From Nitrospirota bacterium (GTDB lineage Bacteria > Nitrospirota > UBA9217): DNA of 64,000 nt. The translations under genes and the position numbers were made by a program. The stretch covers positions 576,001-640,000 of the forward strand of contig CAWIYV010000011.1 of the NCBI GenBank assembly GCA_963840455.1. The letters are read 5' to 3'. This document shows positions 10,045-18,909 of the stretch, piece after piece. Under the pieces are notes generated by a model. The model had not been told where the DNA came from. It did no database searches and saw only the letters and a list, made by a program, of their open reading frames with translations. Position 1 is the stretch's first letter; each line of letters opens with the position of its first letter.

Positions 10045-10548
10045 TCATGTGCAGCTGCCGGGGTCCTTGTGGCAGGCATCTTTCTTGTTCCGTTCTCCGA
10101 GCCGTGTCTCCCGCCGGGTCTTTCCCTCCCGATGGCGACGCCGCTCTTCGTCGCTCTCGAGGATCAGCGGCGGGACCTCGACGGGGTGTCCCTTCTTATC
10201 GATGGCCACGTAGGTCAAATAGGCAGATGCTGCATGGCTCACCGCGCCGGTCATGAGGTTCTCGGCCTCAACGCGCACGCCGATCTCCATGGATGTCTTG
10301 CCCACATAGTTGAGGCAGGCCTTGAAAAAGAGCAGGTCGCCGACGAAGATAGGAAGGTGGAAATCCATCCGGTCGATGGAAGCGGTGACCACGTTGCAGC
10401 GCGAGTGCCGCGCAGCGACCACGCCGGCGGCCTCGTCGATGATCTTGACCACGACGCCGCCGTGCACGTTGCCCGCAGGATTGGCGTCCTGAGGGATCAT
10501 CATCTGGGCGGTGATAACGCTGCTGTCCTTGACTCGTTTGCCTTCCAT
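10045..10548 (-). CDS. Acyl-CoA thioesterase (hotdog fold, YciA-like)
   Basis: DANPAGNVHGG, VTASID and TSMEIGVRV motifs. Confidence 0.92.
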   Translation of the reverse strand: MEGKRVKDSSVITAQMMIPQDANPAGNVHGGVVVKIIDEAAGVVAARHSRCNVVTASIDRMDFHLPIFVGDLLFFKACLNYVGKTSMEIGVRVEAENLMTGAVSHAASAYLTYVAIDKKGHPVEVPPLILESDEERRRHREGKTRRETRLGERNKKDACHKDPGSCT

Positions 10549-10880
10549 AAAGAATACCTCCGGTACGTTATCTGACGTATAGTACCACAAACACGGCCAA
10601 AAAGAACGATTTGAGAAAACAGTAAGGAAGAACAGCCGATAGGGCGGAAGGATCGCCGGCGTGGCATCGAGGATATCTCTGCAGCAGCCGGTCTCCTTTT
10701 GCGACGACAGAAGAGGGCGTTCCGTCGGAATTGCCGCTGGCGCGGGAGAAGAGTTAAAACAGTAGCAACATCAAAGGACATGCATAGGTAATCTGCATGA
10801 TGATATTTTACGTCGTATAGGAAAAGAGGAAATTCGTAACTGTGTGATGACATCATGATTGATGTGCACTAGTCACGAAT

Positions 10881-11105
10881 TGTGTTTACAGCTGAAGACT
10901 CCTAAGAGTTGAGGTGTCATGGCCTTCCGGTTAAGATAGTTTTGCGAAAACACATCTTAACCTTAGGAGGAAGGACCATGACTCAACAGCAGTATATCAT
11001 AGGACGAAAGCTCAACATTCTGGAATTAGGCACCACCTCGGCAATATTCGTGAAGCCTGTTAACGATTAGGTGTCAGCCGACAACACTATTACGACATCA
11101 TGCAG
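10881..11105 (+). mobile_element. IS481-family left-end remnant with a decayed transposase start
   Basis: TGT-type end near 10881, GGAGG RBS, ATG at 10978; MTQQQYIIGRKLNILELG then, after a frameshift, GNIREAC*RLGVSRQHYYDI (HTH-like). Confidence 0.65.
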
Positions 11106-11149
11106 ATTCCCCTGTCCATTCAACAGCGTTAGTTTGCACCTTGCGGTGG

Positions 11150-12064
11150 CTAATAGCTGAATCTGACACCTACGCTGAAGATATTATCGTTACTGCTCGT
11201 GCCCGGGACGTTCGAATCACTCATCTGATGATCATATTGAGCATCTATAAACCATCGTTTGGCAAACTCCTGCGCAACACCCGCGGAAATGGTATTCGAC
11301 GTAACCTGGAAACCTGCAGGCTCATCATAATCGCGCACGAGGTGGTTGTACCCGAGAAGAAGCGTTGTTTTTGGCAGAACTAGGTAACCTCCCCAGATCC
11401 CGATGAAGTTTCCCGTGTAGGTGAAGAACGCCGAATCTGCATTGTTCTTTTCATAGTAATAGCTTTCCTTCAGCCAGAGTAACGGCGTGAACTGCTCCTT
11501 GAAGGTCACTATCGGGCCGAACGCTGAGCTGTCTCGCAGTGAATCCGTGTATCGTTTGATGGCGCCATTGATCGCGAGTCTGACCGTGACGATATCGCCC
11601 AGATTCTTATCAATACCGGCGGTCAAGCCTCCGATGGTGTTATCGAATTCGTTAAAGCTGTTGTAAGAAGTGTGCTGTGCGCTGCCAATCAGGAACAGGT
11701 ATGTCCCGGAGGCTATGTCGGTCGAACCGCCGATGTCCGCGAAATAATTGATCGAGAAATCGCTCTTCGATTGCACTCCCGTATCTTGCGGGATACTGCC
11801 TCCCATGCCGCCCATACCCCCCGGGCCCATTACAGCGCCCATCATCCCGGGACCGGTTGCAGGCATTCCCGCCGTGCCGCCGCGCTTGTCTGATAAGAGA
11901 CCTACAACATTGTCTTCATAGGTACCTCTAATTGCCACGTCATAGAATATTCCGGCCTGCGCGACTGAAGCAATAGTGAGATACAGGAACAGAACAATGC
12001 AGCCGGTGATCGCCGCATTTACCGCCCGATGAGATCGCATGTGCATTTCCTCTCCTACGCTCAC
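11150..12064 (-). CDS. Outer-membrane beta-barrel protein with a Met/Gly-rich N-terminal loop
   Basis: Signal peptide, amphipathic strands, C-terminal GVRFSY; GMMGAVMGPGGMGGMGG insert. Confidence 0.75.
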   Translation of the reverse strand: MSVGEEMHMRSHRAVNAAITGCIVLFLYLTIASVAQAGIFYDVAIRGTYEDNVVGLLSDKRGGTAGMPATGPGMMGAVMGPGGMGGMGGSIPQDTGVQSKSDFSINYFADIGGSTDIASGTYLFLIGSAQHTSYNSFNEFDNTIGGLTAGIDKNLGDIVTVRLAINGAIKRYTDSLRDSSAFGPIVTFKEQFTPLLWLKESYYYEKNNADSAFFTYTGNFIGIWGGYLVLPKTTLLLGYNHLVRDYDEPAGFQVTSNTISAGVAQEFAKRWFIDAQYDHQMSDSNVPGTSSNDNIFSVGVRFSY

Positions 12065-12138
12065 GCCAGTATACTTTTGTTGTGTATATCAGAAATAATA
12101 AAAATCGACTTGTTATAAGTATAACAGGGCAAAATATT

Positions 12139-12168
12139 AAAAAAGGCAGCCGCATGGTGCGACTGCCA
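12139..12168 (-). terminator. Intrinsic terminator after the 12218-12910 gene
   Basis: ggcagtcgca...tgcggctgcc hairpin followed by a T run on the minus strand. Confidence 0.55.
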
Positions 12169-12217
12169 TATGAGGTTGGTTTGCTTATGGTCATGTAAAC
12201 AGCGGATCTTCGTTACG

Positions 12218-12910
12218 TTACCGTTTTGGCCCGCCCATGCCAGGCCCCATGCCGGAACCATGATCCATTCCCATACCGCCGTGGTCCATTCCCGGCCCGG
12301 TGCCCATGTGATCACGGTCGTGCGACATATCCCGGTCATGCTGCCTGGTCCTGTCTCTGTCCATGGCCCGCGTCGCGTTGTCCGCGGCCTTGTCGGGAGG
12401 AGTTCCGGACTTTAAGTCCCCGGCATAAGCAGTCGTGGCGGCCGTTATACTGGCGGCTCCGGCCCCTTGATTGATCCCATTGGACATTACCTGCGAGGTC
12501 CTGTCGGCCGGGGCGCCTGCTGCCACAGTCTTGCCGAAAGTGTTCGTCATCTGCACCGTTTCCCGCGCAGTGTACCTATGCTGTATCGCCTCCCCTGCCA
12601 CCGAGGCTGCATCTTTCCTCGCAGCGGGTCCCGCTGCCTCTATGGACCTCGCGACCTCGGCCAGGTCCTTGCCTTTCATGCCCTGGTTGATGGATGCTTC
12701 GACCACGCGGTAGGCATGATCAACAGGCACACCCTTGTCCACCAGGCTCTGCAGCGTCTTCACTGCCTGGGAGTGGTCCTGGGCATTCAACTTCTTTTCC
12801 GTAGCCTGCCTGTCAATGTTGGTCTTTGCTTCATCCACGGTAAGAGCGAATGCCGTCATACCGAACAGCAGAATGCTCCCTGTCACAATTATCGTCAGTA
12901 GCTTTTTCAT
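12218..12910 (-). CDS. Secreted helical protein with His/Met/Gly-rich C-terminal tail
   Basis: Signal peptide; tail HDRDMSHDRDHMGTGPGMDHGGMGMDHGSGMGPGMGG. Confidence 0.8.
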   Translation of the reverse strand: MKKLLTIIVTGSILLFGMTAFALTVDEAKTNIDRQATEKKLNAQDHSQAVKTLQSLVDKGVPVDHAYRVVEASINQGMKGKDLAEVARSIEAAGPAARKDAASVAGEAIQHRYTARETVQMTNTFGKTVAAGAPADRTSQVMSNGINQGAGAASITAATTAYAGDLKSGTPPDKAADNATRAMDRDRTRQHDRDMSHDRDHMGTGPGMDHGGMGMDHGSGMGPGMGGPKR

Positions 12911-12957
12911 GTTGGCACCTCCTCGATTATCTAGCTTGATTTAAGGACTGCTCCTGC

Positions 12958-13875
12958 TTACTTCCGCCCGCCCATGCCTGACATGCCTCCCATGCCGCCG
13001 GAGGCAGGCTCGTGCATCGTCCCTCCTCCGGACCTGTCCTGCATCTGCATGTCACGCATCCCTTCGCCCCGCTCCATGCGGGAGTTCATGCCGGAAACAA
13101 CATCGTTCATGGGGCGATCCTTCCTGAGCTCGTTGACCATGTAGCGCTCCATGGCCTCCAGGTCTCCTTCGGAATAGCCCTTGTCCACTGCCGTATGGAC
13201 CATTTTCGCGGCCTGTCCGGCAGTCATGCCGCTCCCAGCAAAGGTGGTCATCGTATCCACCGCCCGGCTGAACAACCCGAGCGATCCTTTGCGATCCCTT
13301 ACTTTCTCTCCGGTCTTCATGATAGCATCCTGCGGGATCGACTTTTCCATCGCTCTCGCCGCGGTCTCGATCGCATCATCGTACGCTTTTGCATGGGGTG
13401 CCTTTACGCCCCCGCTCTCCACCCTGTTCACGAGCGGTTTGGCAGCGGCAAGGTACCCGGAAAGCCGTTGCGTAACGCCTGATATCTTCTCCGCAGGTAC
13501 GCCCTTGGCAAGCCCCTGCTCGGTCCGGTCAAGGATGAGCCTGACCGGCAAGCCCTGTCCTTTTGCCCTCGTTGCAGTTTCGAGGAAACCCTCAACATGG
13601 CGGCTCTCTACGCCCTGATCCAAGCCGCGGGTGATAATGATGGAGACATCCTCGGCCGGAATGCCCGCAGCCACCGCCTGACCGGCCTTGGTCAGTATGC
13701 CGGCCTTGGCTTCCTTCGAGAGCGAGGACCTTTCTACAGCGATCCTTGCCTGTTCAAGATGCTTCGATCCCGCCTCTTCCGCCCTGGCGGGCGGCGCCGC
13801 CGTCAGGAGCGCTGCTGCGGCCAGCAGCAGGACAATCAGAATGTTAAAAATGCCCTCTGTCATGTTCCTTTTCAT
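12958..13875 (-). CDS. Secreted helical-repeat protein with Met/Gly-rich tail
   Basis: Signal peptide; repeated (K/Q/A)G(V/I/L)P helical units; tail GGMGGMSGMGGRK; overlaps the anti-sigma stop codon. Confidence 0.8.
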   Translation of the reverse strand: MKRNMTEGIFNILIVLLLAAAALLTAAPPARAEEAGSKHLEQARIAVERSSLSKEAKAGILTKAGQAVAAGIPAEDVSIIITRGLDQGVESRHVEGFLETATRAKGQGLPVRLILDRTEQGLAKGVPAEKISGVTQRLSGYLAAAKPLVNRVESGGVKAPHAKAYDDAIETAARAMEKSIPQDAIMKTGEKVRDRKGSLGLFSRAVDTMTTFAGSGMTAGQAAKMVHTAVDKGYSEGDLEAMERYMVNELRKDRPMNDVVSGMNSRMERGEGMRDMQMQDRSGGGTMHEPASGGMGGMSGMGGRK

Positions 13876-14531
13876 GTCTTGACCCTCATCACAGCATTTT
13901 TGTTTCCGAAGCCGTCATCGCGGTAGGTCTCCGCGTTCGGGTCGGTCACCCATGCCTTTCCATCCACAATGAACATGTAACTGTACTCCCCGGGCTTCAG
14001 AGGTATGCTGACCGTCCAAACCCCGTTTTCCTGCTTCGTGAGCATATGTGCATCAGCCTTCCACTTATTGAACGTGCCCGCAACCGCCACTCGATGAGCT
14101 TCCGGCGCGTGCAGGTTCATGGTCACCGTCACGACTTGTTCCTGCCGGGGAACGGCTGCGGTCTCAACAGGCGCGTTCCGGGTGCGAACGACCTGGGTGA
14201 AGACCAGGGCGAAGAGCACCGCAGCCGCAAATGCCGTGGCCATGTTCCACCTGAGCACCCGTCCCTTGAGCAGGAAATCCCGTATCCGGTTCGTGATCGT
14301 CGCTTTTCGTGCGGGCAGCCGCCGCATGACCTCTGCGGTAAAGAAGGGAGGGGCCTGCATCCTCTCGCTCGTCTCGATCGTACGGAGCGCTCCCGTAATA
14401 CCGTCGAGCTCTTCCTTAAACGCAGGATCCGACTGAACTCGGTCCAAAAGCACCTTCTTTTCGTCAGGGCCGAGGTCCCCGTCCAGCATCCGGTGAATAA
14501 GTTCCCTATCGATTTCTTGTCTATCCGTCAT
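13872..14531 (-). CDS. Membrane-anchored anti-sigma factor with C-terminal CBM48/AMPK-beta-like domain
   Basis: N-terminal LDGDL anti-sigma-like domain, one TM helix, then VAVAGTFNKW...GEYSYMFIVDGKAWVTDP...DGFGNKN; ATGA overlap with the sigma gene. Confidence 0.85.
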   Translation of the reverse strand: MTDRQEIDRELIHRMLDGDLGPDEKKVLLDRVQSDPAFKEELDGITGALRTIETSERMQAPPFFTAEVMRRLPARKATITNRIRDFLLKGRVLRWNMATAFAAAVLFALVFTQVVRTRNAPVETAAVPRQEQVVTVTMNLHAPEAHRVAVAGTFNKWKADAHMLTKQENGVWTVSIPLKPGEYSYMFIVDGKAWVTDPNAETYRDDGFGNKNAVMRVKT

Positions 14532-15088
14532 AAGCCAACCCCCATGCCTTCCAGGAGCTTTCTGAGCATCTCTCTTCCCCTGTGTGCACGTACTTTGAGA
14601 GCGCTGACCGAGACACCCAATGCGTCGGAGATCTCCTGATAATCAAGCCCCTCAATATGCTTCAGGACGATCACCTCGCGGTAGTCAGGGGGCAGCCCGT
14701 TCAGTGCGTGCTGGACCGCGTCCCCGGTCTGGCGGCAGGAAGCAATCTTCTCCGGCGAGGGGTCCGGCCCTGCGGTATAGTCGCAGATCTCATCTACCGG
14801 CACGGTCTCCTTGCCTGCTCTGAAATGATCGCGGCACTTGTTCACCACGATCCGGTACAGCCAGGAGGAAAACCGGGAATTGAACTTAAAATCCCCGAGT
14901 GCATTATAGGCTGAAATAAAGCCTTCCTGCGCCATATCCTTGGCCGCATCAGAATCACCGAGCATCCGAAAGGCGATATTGTATGCCATGTCCTTGTACC
15001 TGTCCACCAGCACTGCATATTGGTCGGAGTCGCCGGCGAGGCACTTTCTGATAACGGCATATTCTTCTTCAACGCTATCTGCGCTCAT
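14528..15088 (-). CDS. ECF RNA polymerase sigma factor
   Basis: AAKDMAQEGF, FSSWLYRIVVN, EGLDYQEIS, ALKVRAHRGR. Confidence 0.95.
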   Translation of the reverse strand: MSADSVEEEYAVIRKCLAGDSDQYAVLVDRYKDMAYNIAFRMLGDSDAAKDMAQEGFISAYNALGDFKFNSRFSSWLYRIVVNKCRDHFRAGKETVPVDEICDYTAGPDPSPEKIASCRQTGDAVQHALNGLPPDYREVIVLKHIEGLDYQEISDALGVSVSALKVRAHRGREMLRKLLEGMGVGL

Positions 15089-15100
15089 GTTGTACCTATT

Positions 15101-15128
15101 AGACGATGATTGACTCGAAAAGGTTACA
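15101..15128 (-). promoter_or_regulatory. Candidate ECF promoter, copy 1 (autoregulatory)
   Basis: TGTAACCTTTT-N12-CGTCT immediately upstream of the sigma gene. Confidence 0.75.
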
Positions 15129-15493
15129 GCCCGGGATTCTCTTCCGGTACAATAAGAACGGAATTCTTCCCGCCGAACCCGTCGTCAATTTCCGGGACAG
15201 AAGGGTCTGGCTGCCACTTTTTCCCGTCTACGATGAACAGATATTCGTACCGCCCTTCAGGGAGGGGGATGATAATGTTCCAGACACCCTTATTATCGGC
15301 TCCGGACAACCTGTTCTTATGAGTGTCCCAGGCATTGAAAGCTGCCGGCAATCGCGACACTGCTTGCCTCTGGCGCATAAAAGGTGAAAGAGACGCCCTC
15401 TTTCGTCAGCTCCGGGCCCAGGTGCTTCGGTCCGCAGGCTGATATGAGCGAGCAAAAGAACAGGATCGATATCATGGACAGGCGCGGTTTCAT
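15124..15493 (-). pseudogene. CBM48-domain lipoprotein split by a +1 frameshift
   Basis: Lipobox LISAC; FYAPEASSVAIAGSF / NAWD...GRYEYLFIVDGKKWQPDP; one extra T at 15338-15340. Confidence 0.8.
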
Positions 15494-15595
15494 GGTTATT
15501 GTAGATTTCACTATATGTTTATGATACCGCTCGTTTCACAAGGTTTGCAAGGTAAACATTGATTTACATGGCCTGGACAGGGAAAACAGGACGGC

Positions 15596-15630
15596 AAAAA
15601 AGCGGCAGCCGGACCTTTATCCGGCTGCCC
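15596..15630 (-). terminator. Intrinsic terminator after the Met-rich lipoprotein
   Basis: ggcagccgga...tccggctgcc stem with a T run on the minus strand. Confidence 0.7.
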
Positions 15631-15660
15631 TAAGTTTACAGCAGTTTAAGTAAGGATGCT

Positions 15661-17403
15661 TTAGATCGCCCCGTTGGTGGTGCTCAACTGGTTGATGAGC
15701 GTTTGCATGTTGGTCGTGGTAAGGGTTGATCTGTTCATGGCAGAACCCAGGAACGAAGTCATTGCACTCGCCAATCCGCTGGTCCCTGCCGTGGACTGCA
15801 TCATGGTACCGCCGCCACCCATCATGCCACCACCCATACCACCCATGGTTATCTGGGTGCTTCCCATCTGACCGTTCATGATGCCGTCCGAAGCATCGTT
15901 CATCATGGACAAGATCAGGGCTGCGGGGTCCGTCATGCTGATGGTCTGTGCATACTGAGACATGGCGGCAATGGCAACGCCGTAGTTCTTCATGTCCACA
16001 GTAGCAGTACCGCCGGATCCTAGTACTGCCGCATTCATCGGGACGGTTTCAAGTATGTTGGACACCATGAAGTAGTTGCCAACCGCCGTGTTTGCTGCCG
16101 TAATATTGGCATCAGTCATACCGCCTGCCATTGCCTGGGCACGGGCCTGCGCCATAGACGTAAGAGGAGTCATCTGAATGCCCGTGATCGTGGCTCCGCT
16201 TGAGATGGTTGGAATGACTGCGGTCATCACATCGCCGGCCGACATGGTCATGGTTGTGCCGGTTGCCAGGTTGTTATACGACCCCCCGCTCATCTTGAGC
16301 ATGACCGGCCCGGAATAGGCGCCGAGGGACAGGCTGAAGCTGCCCATGCTGTTCGTGGTCCCGCTAGCCAATTGAGCGCCCAGAGAGCCGCCACTCACTG
16401 CGTATGCCATGACCGTGGCGTTGCCCATCGTTCCGTTGAAGACCGATCCGCCGACCATCCCGCTCATCGGCGTTCCTCCGCCACTCGGAATGCTGCCGGT
16501 CGCCGAAGTAGTCAACTTGTTCATGAGCGCCGTCATGTCTCCAGCAGTTACGCCTGACTTATTCAGGGTGGAGGTCATGAACGTCGCCATTTCCGTGGCG
16601 AGCCCGCTCGTCCCCGCAGTTGTCGTCATCATGGAGCTGCCGGCCATCATTCCGCCCATCATGACCGGGGTACCTCCCATCAAGCCGTTCATAACGCCGT
16701 CCGACGCGTCATTCATCATGGCCGTGACCATGTTGGAGGAAGAGGTCATTCCCATGTCCTTCGCGGATTGCGACATTGCCGCGATGGCCATGCCGTAGTT
16801 TTTCATGTCCTGGGTCGCGGTGCCGCTTGATCCGGACACAAGCGGGCTCATGGGTGGCGTATGCAGGATATCGTTCACGATGAAGTAATTTCCTATTGCG
16901 GTGTTTGCTGCCGTGATATTTACATCCATCATGCCGCCCGCCATATTATTTGCCATTGCCTGGGCCATGGAGGTCAGAGGGGTTACTTGAATTCCGGTAA
17001 CCGTCGAGCCGGTAGATAGCGTTGTCATAACAGCGGTCATCACATCACCGGGAGCCATGGATACGGTAACGCCGGTCGCCTCATCCACGTATGTTCCACC
17101 GCCCATCTGAAGCATAATGGAGCCTGCATAGTCGCCAACTAATATATTGAAATTTCCCTGACTGTCCGTTGCTCCACTGGCGAGTTGCATGCCCATGGTC
17201 CCATTGGTGATGGCATATGCCGTTACTGTCCCTCCGCTAATCGGTCCCTTGACCGCCGTACCACTGATCATTCCGTTAGCGCCTGTTGTTCCTCCAGGAG
17301 TCGTCGCACTGCTCCCTCCTCCGCCACAACCATAAAGAAGCGACATTGACCCGATTAAGAGAGTGAGAGTTAACATTACCTTGAGTTTCTTGTGCTTTTG
17401 CAT
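15661..17403 (-). CDS. Met/Gly/Thr-rich lipoprotein made of two tandem repeats of about 260 aa
   Basis: Lipobox LYGC plus Gly linker; duplicated TPLTSMAQA, NITAANTA.GNYF, DMKNYG.AIAAMSQ, MMNDASDG.MNG, TAGTSGLA. Confidence 0.85.
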   Translation of the reverse strand: MQKHKKLKVMLTLTLLIGSMSLLYGCGGGGSSATTPGGTTGANGMISGTAVKGPISGGTVTAYAITNGTMGMQLASGATDSQGNFNILVGDYAGSIMLQMGGGTYVDEATGVTVSMAPGDVMTAVMTTLSTGSTVTGIQVTPLTSMAQAMANNMAGGMMDVNITAANTAIGNYFIVNDILHTPPMSPLVSGSSGTATQDMKNYGMAIAAMSQSAKDMGMTSSSNMVTAMMNDASDGVMNGLMGGTPVMMGGMMAGSSMMTTTAGTSGLATEMATFMTSTLNKSGVTAGDMTALMNKLTTSATGSIPSGGGTPMSGMVGGSVFNGTMGNATVMAYAVSGGSLGAQLASGTTNSMGSFSLSLGAYSGPVMLKMSGGSYNNLATGTTMTMSAGDVMTAVIPTISSGATITGIQMTPLTSMAQARAQAMAGGMTDANITAANTAVGNYFMVSNILETVPMNAAVLGSGGTATVDMKNYGVAIAAMSQYAQTISMTDPAALILSMMNDASDGIMNGQMGSTQITMGGMGGGMMGGGGTMMQSTAGTSGLASAMTSFLGSAMNRSTLTTTNMQTLINQLSTTNGAI

Positions 17404-17450
17404 TTGTTACATCCCCCTAAATTAAACTAATTTTACTGCCATTGTGATTT

Positions 17451-17477
17451 AGACGAGGTAACGACTAAAAGGTTACA
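17451..17477 (-). promoter_or_regulatory. Candidate ECF promoter, copy 2
   Basis: TGTAACCTTTT-N11-CGTCT upstream of the Met-rich lipoprotein. Confidence 0.75.
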
Positions 17478-17980
17478 AATAACTTCACGACGAGTTATTC
17501 CTTAAATATCGTCTCATCTATCTTTGAATACTGCAAAACAGGATAATTGTCGATTTCAAGCAGCGGATAGTTGAAAAAAGAGCCCACTCGACGCATGCCA
17601 GATTATTGGGATTTCCTTCGGGAAGAACAACGGCTTGACGTGATGGTATTAGGTCTACGTAAGGCTAGTTCTCTGAAGAAACTACACTCCAGTGACCAAA
17701 AATCAAATGTTGAAGGATGAGGCTCTTTCTTATCTCTTTGCCGCTTGCCTCCTCCCAGGCTAAACATCTGCGCCCTGCCGACTGTTTCGATGTTATGCAA
17801 CTCTGTATGTTCCGACTCTGCGCAAACGAAGTCAATAATAAAAGCGAAATGCATGGATAAATAGATTGCGACTGTTGCACATTTAAACGATGTTGTACTC
17901 GCAGTCATATATAATCGCCGCTTCCTGCCGCTATTATCGCAACTTCAAATCAGCGCAAGACAAATCCATACATGTTTACC

Positions 17981-18007
17981 TGTAACCTTTTATGATTTGT
18001 TTCGTCT
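17981..18007 (+). promoter_or_regulatory. Candidate ECF promoter, copy 3
   Basis: TGTAACCTTTT-N11-CGTCT upstream of the divergent 18105 gene. Confidence 0.75.
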
Positions 18008-18104
18008 CATATGGCATCAACCCGGAAGAAGAATATTTTATCGGAGCTCCAAAGAAAGAATAATATTTTTTATTCTAACGTGTTTACTGCGAGGGAGTCG
18101 CATT

Positions 18105-18605
18105 ATGAAAATGAAGAGGTTATTGATTGCATATTTTCTGAGCGGTGTGTTTGCTGTTTTTGGACTGTTCTCTCCGGTTGCTGGCAATGCGGGGATAAAT
18201 GTAGACATTAATGTTCCCCTGCCCGACATCGCCATAGCCGGACCGCCAGCCATGGTGGTTGTCCCCGGCGCCTATGTGTACTTTGCCCCTGATGTTGAAG
18301 CTGACCTTTTTTTCTATCACGGATACTGGTACCGGCCCCATCAGGGAGGATGGTATTATTCGCTCGGATACAACGGGCCCTGGGGCCGCATAACGATCGG
18401 GAATGTGCCGCCGCCGCTGGTCAGTCTGCGGCCCGGCTATCGGAATGTACCTCCAGCCTATGAGCGCATGCCCTACCCTGTGGTACAGAGGTACTGGAGA
18501 CAATGGGAAGAGGAACGGTACTGGGATTCCTATCAGAGAAGTGATGAGCATCCAGCGCCCCATCGGGGTCATGGTATGGGTATGGGCAGGGGAATGGGAA
18601 TGTAG
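18105..18605 (+). CDS. Secreted Pro/Tyr/Trp-rich protein with His/Met tail
   Basis: Signal peptide, FFYHGYWYRPHQGGWY, tail HRGHGMGMGRGMGM. Confidence 0.75.
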   Translation: MKMKRLLIAYFLSGVFAVFGLFSPVAGNAGINVDINVPLPDIAIAGPPAMVVVPGAYVYFAPDVEADLFFYHGYWYRPHQGGWYYSLGYNGPWGRITIGNVPPPLVSLRPGYRNVPPAYERMPYPVVQRYWRQWEEERYWDSYQRSDEHPAPHRGHGMGMGRGMGM

Positions 18606-18760
18606 AGGCGTGGGGACTGATGGTCTAATTAGTATCGTATCGACGATGCGGATTTCGTCAAGTATACTTGCTGGTCTGCACTGCCAATTTTGCGGCGGAG
18701 CAAAGAATTCATGATGTAATATGCCCTTGAGCGAGCGGAAAAACGTGGTGTGACAAAATA

Positions 18761-18780
18761 AGAGCTAATTCCTGATTGGA
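18761..18780. repeat. Partial copy of the att-associated hairpin
   Basis: agagctaattcctgattgga is identical to 42720-42739. Confidence 0.7.
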
Positions 18781-18909
18781 ATTTTCAGAGAAAGCCACGG
18801 GATCGGCCAGTCCCGGGATGATCCTAATCGCCGATTCCGGGCCTTCTTAAAAGATGCAACTTTCCTATTGCATCTATCCCGTGCGCGGGGGTAAAATTTA
18901 TAAGAGGTT

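Noticed and set aside
15330-15345. Programmed frameshift or phase variation in the CBM48 lipoprotein
   Set aside because: The run is only three T residues, with no slippery heptamer or repeat tract
17603-17908. Small ORFs between the divergent ECF-type promoters
   Set aside because: No RBS or motif support; region is better explained as regulatory or degenerate DNA
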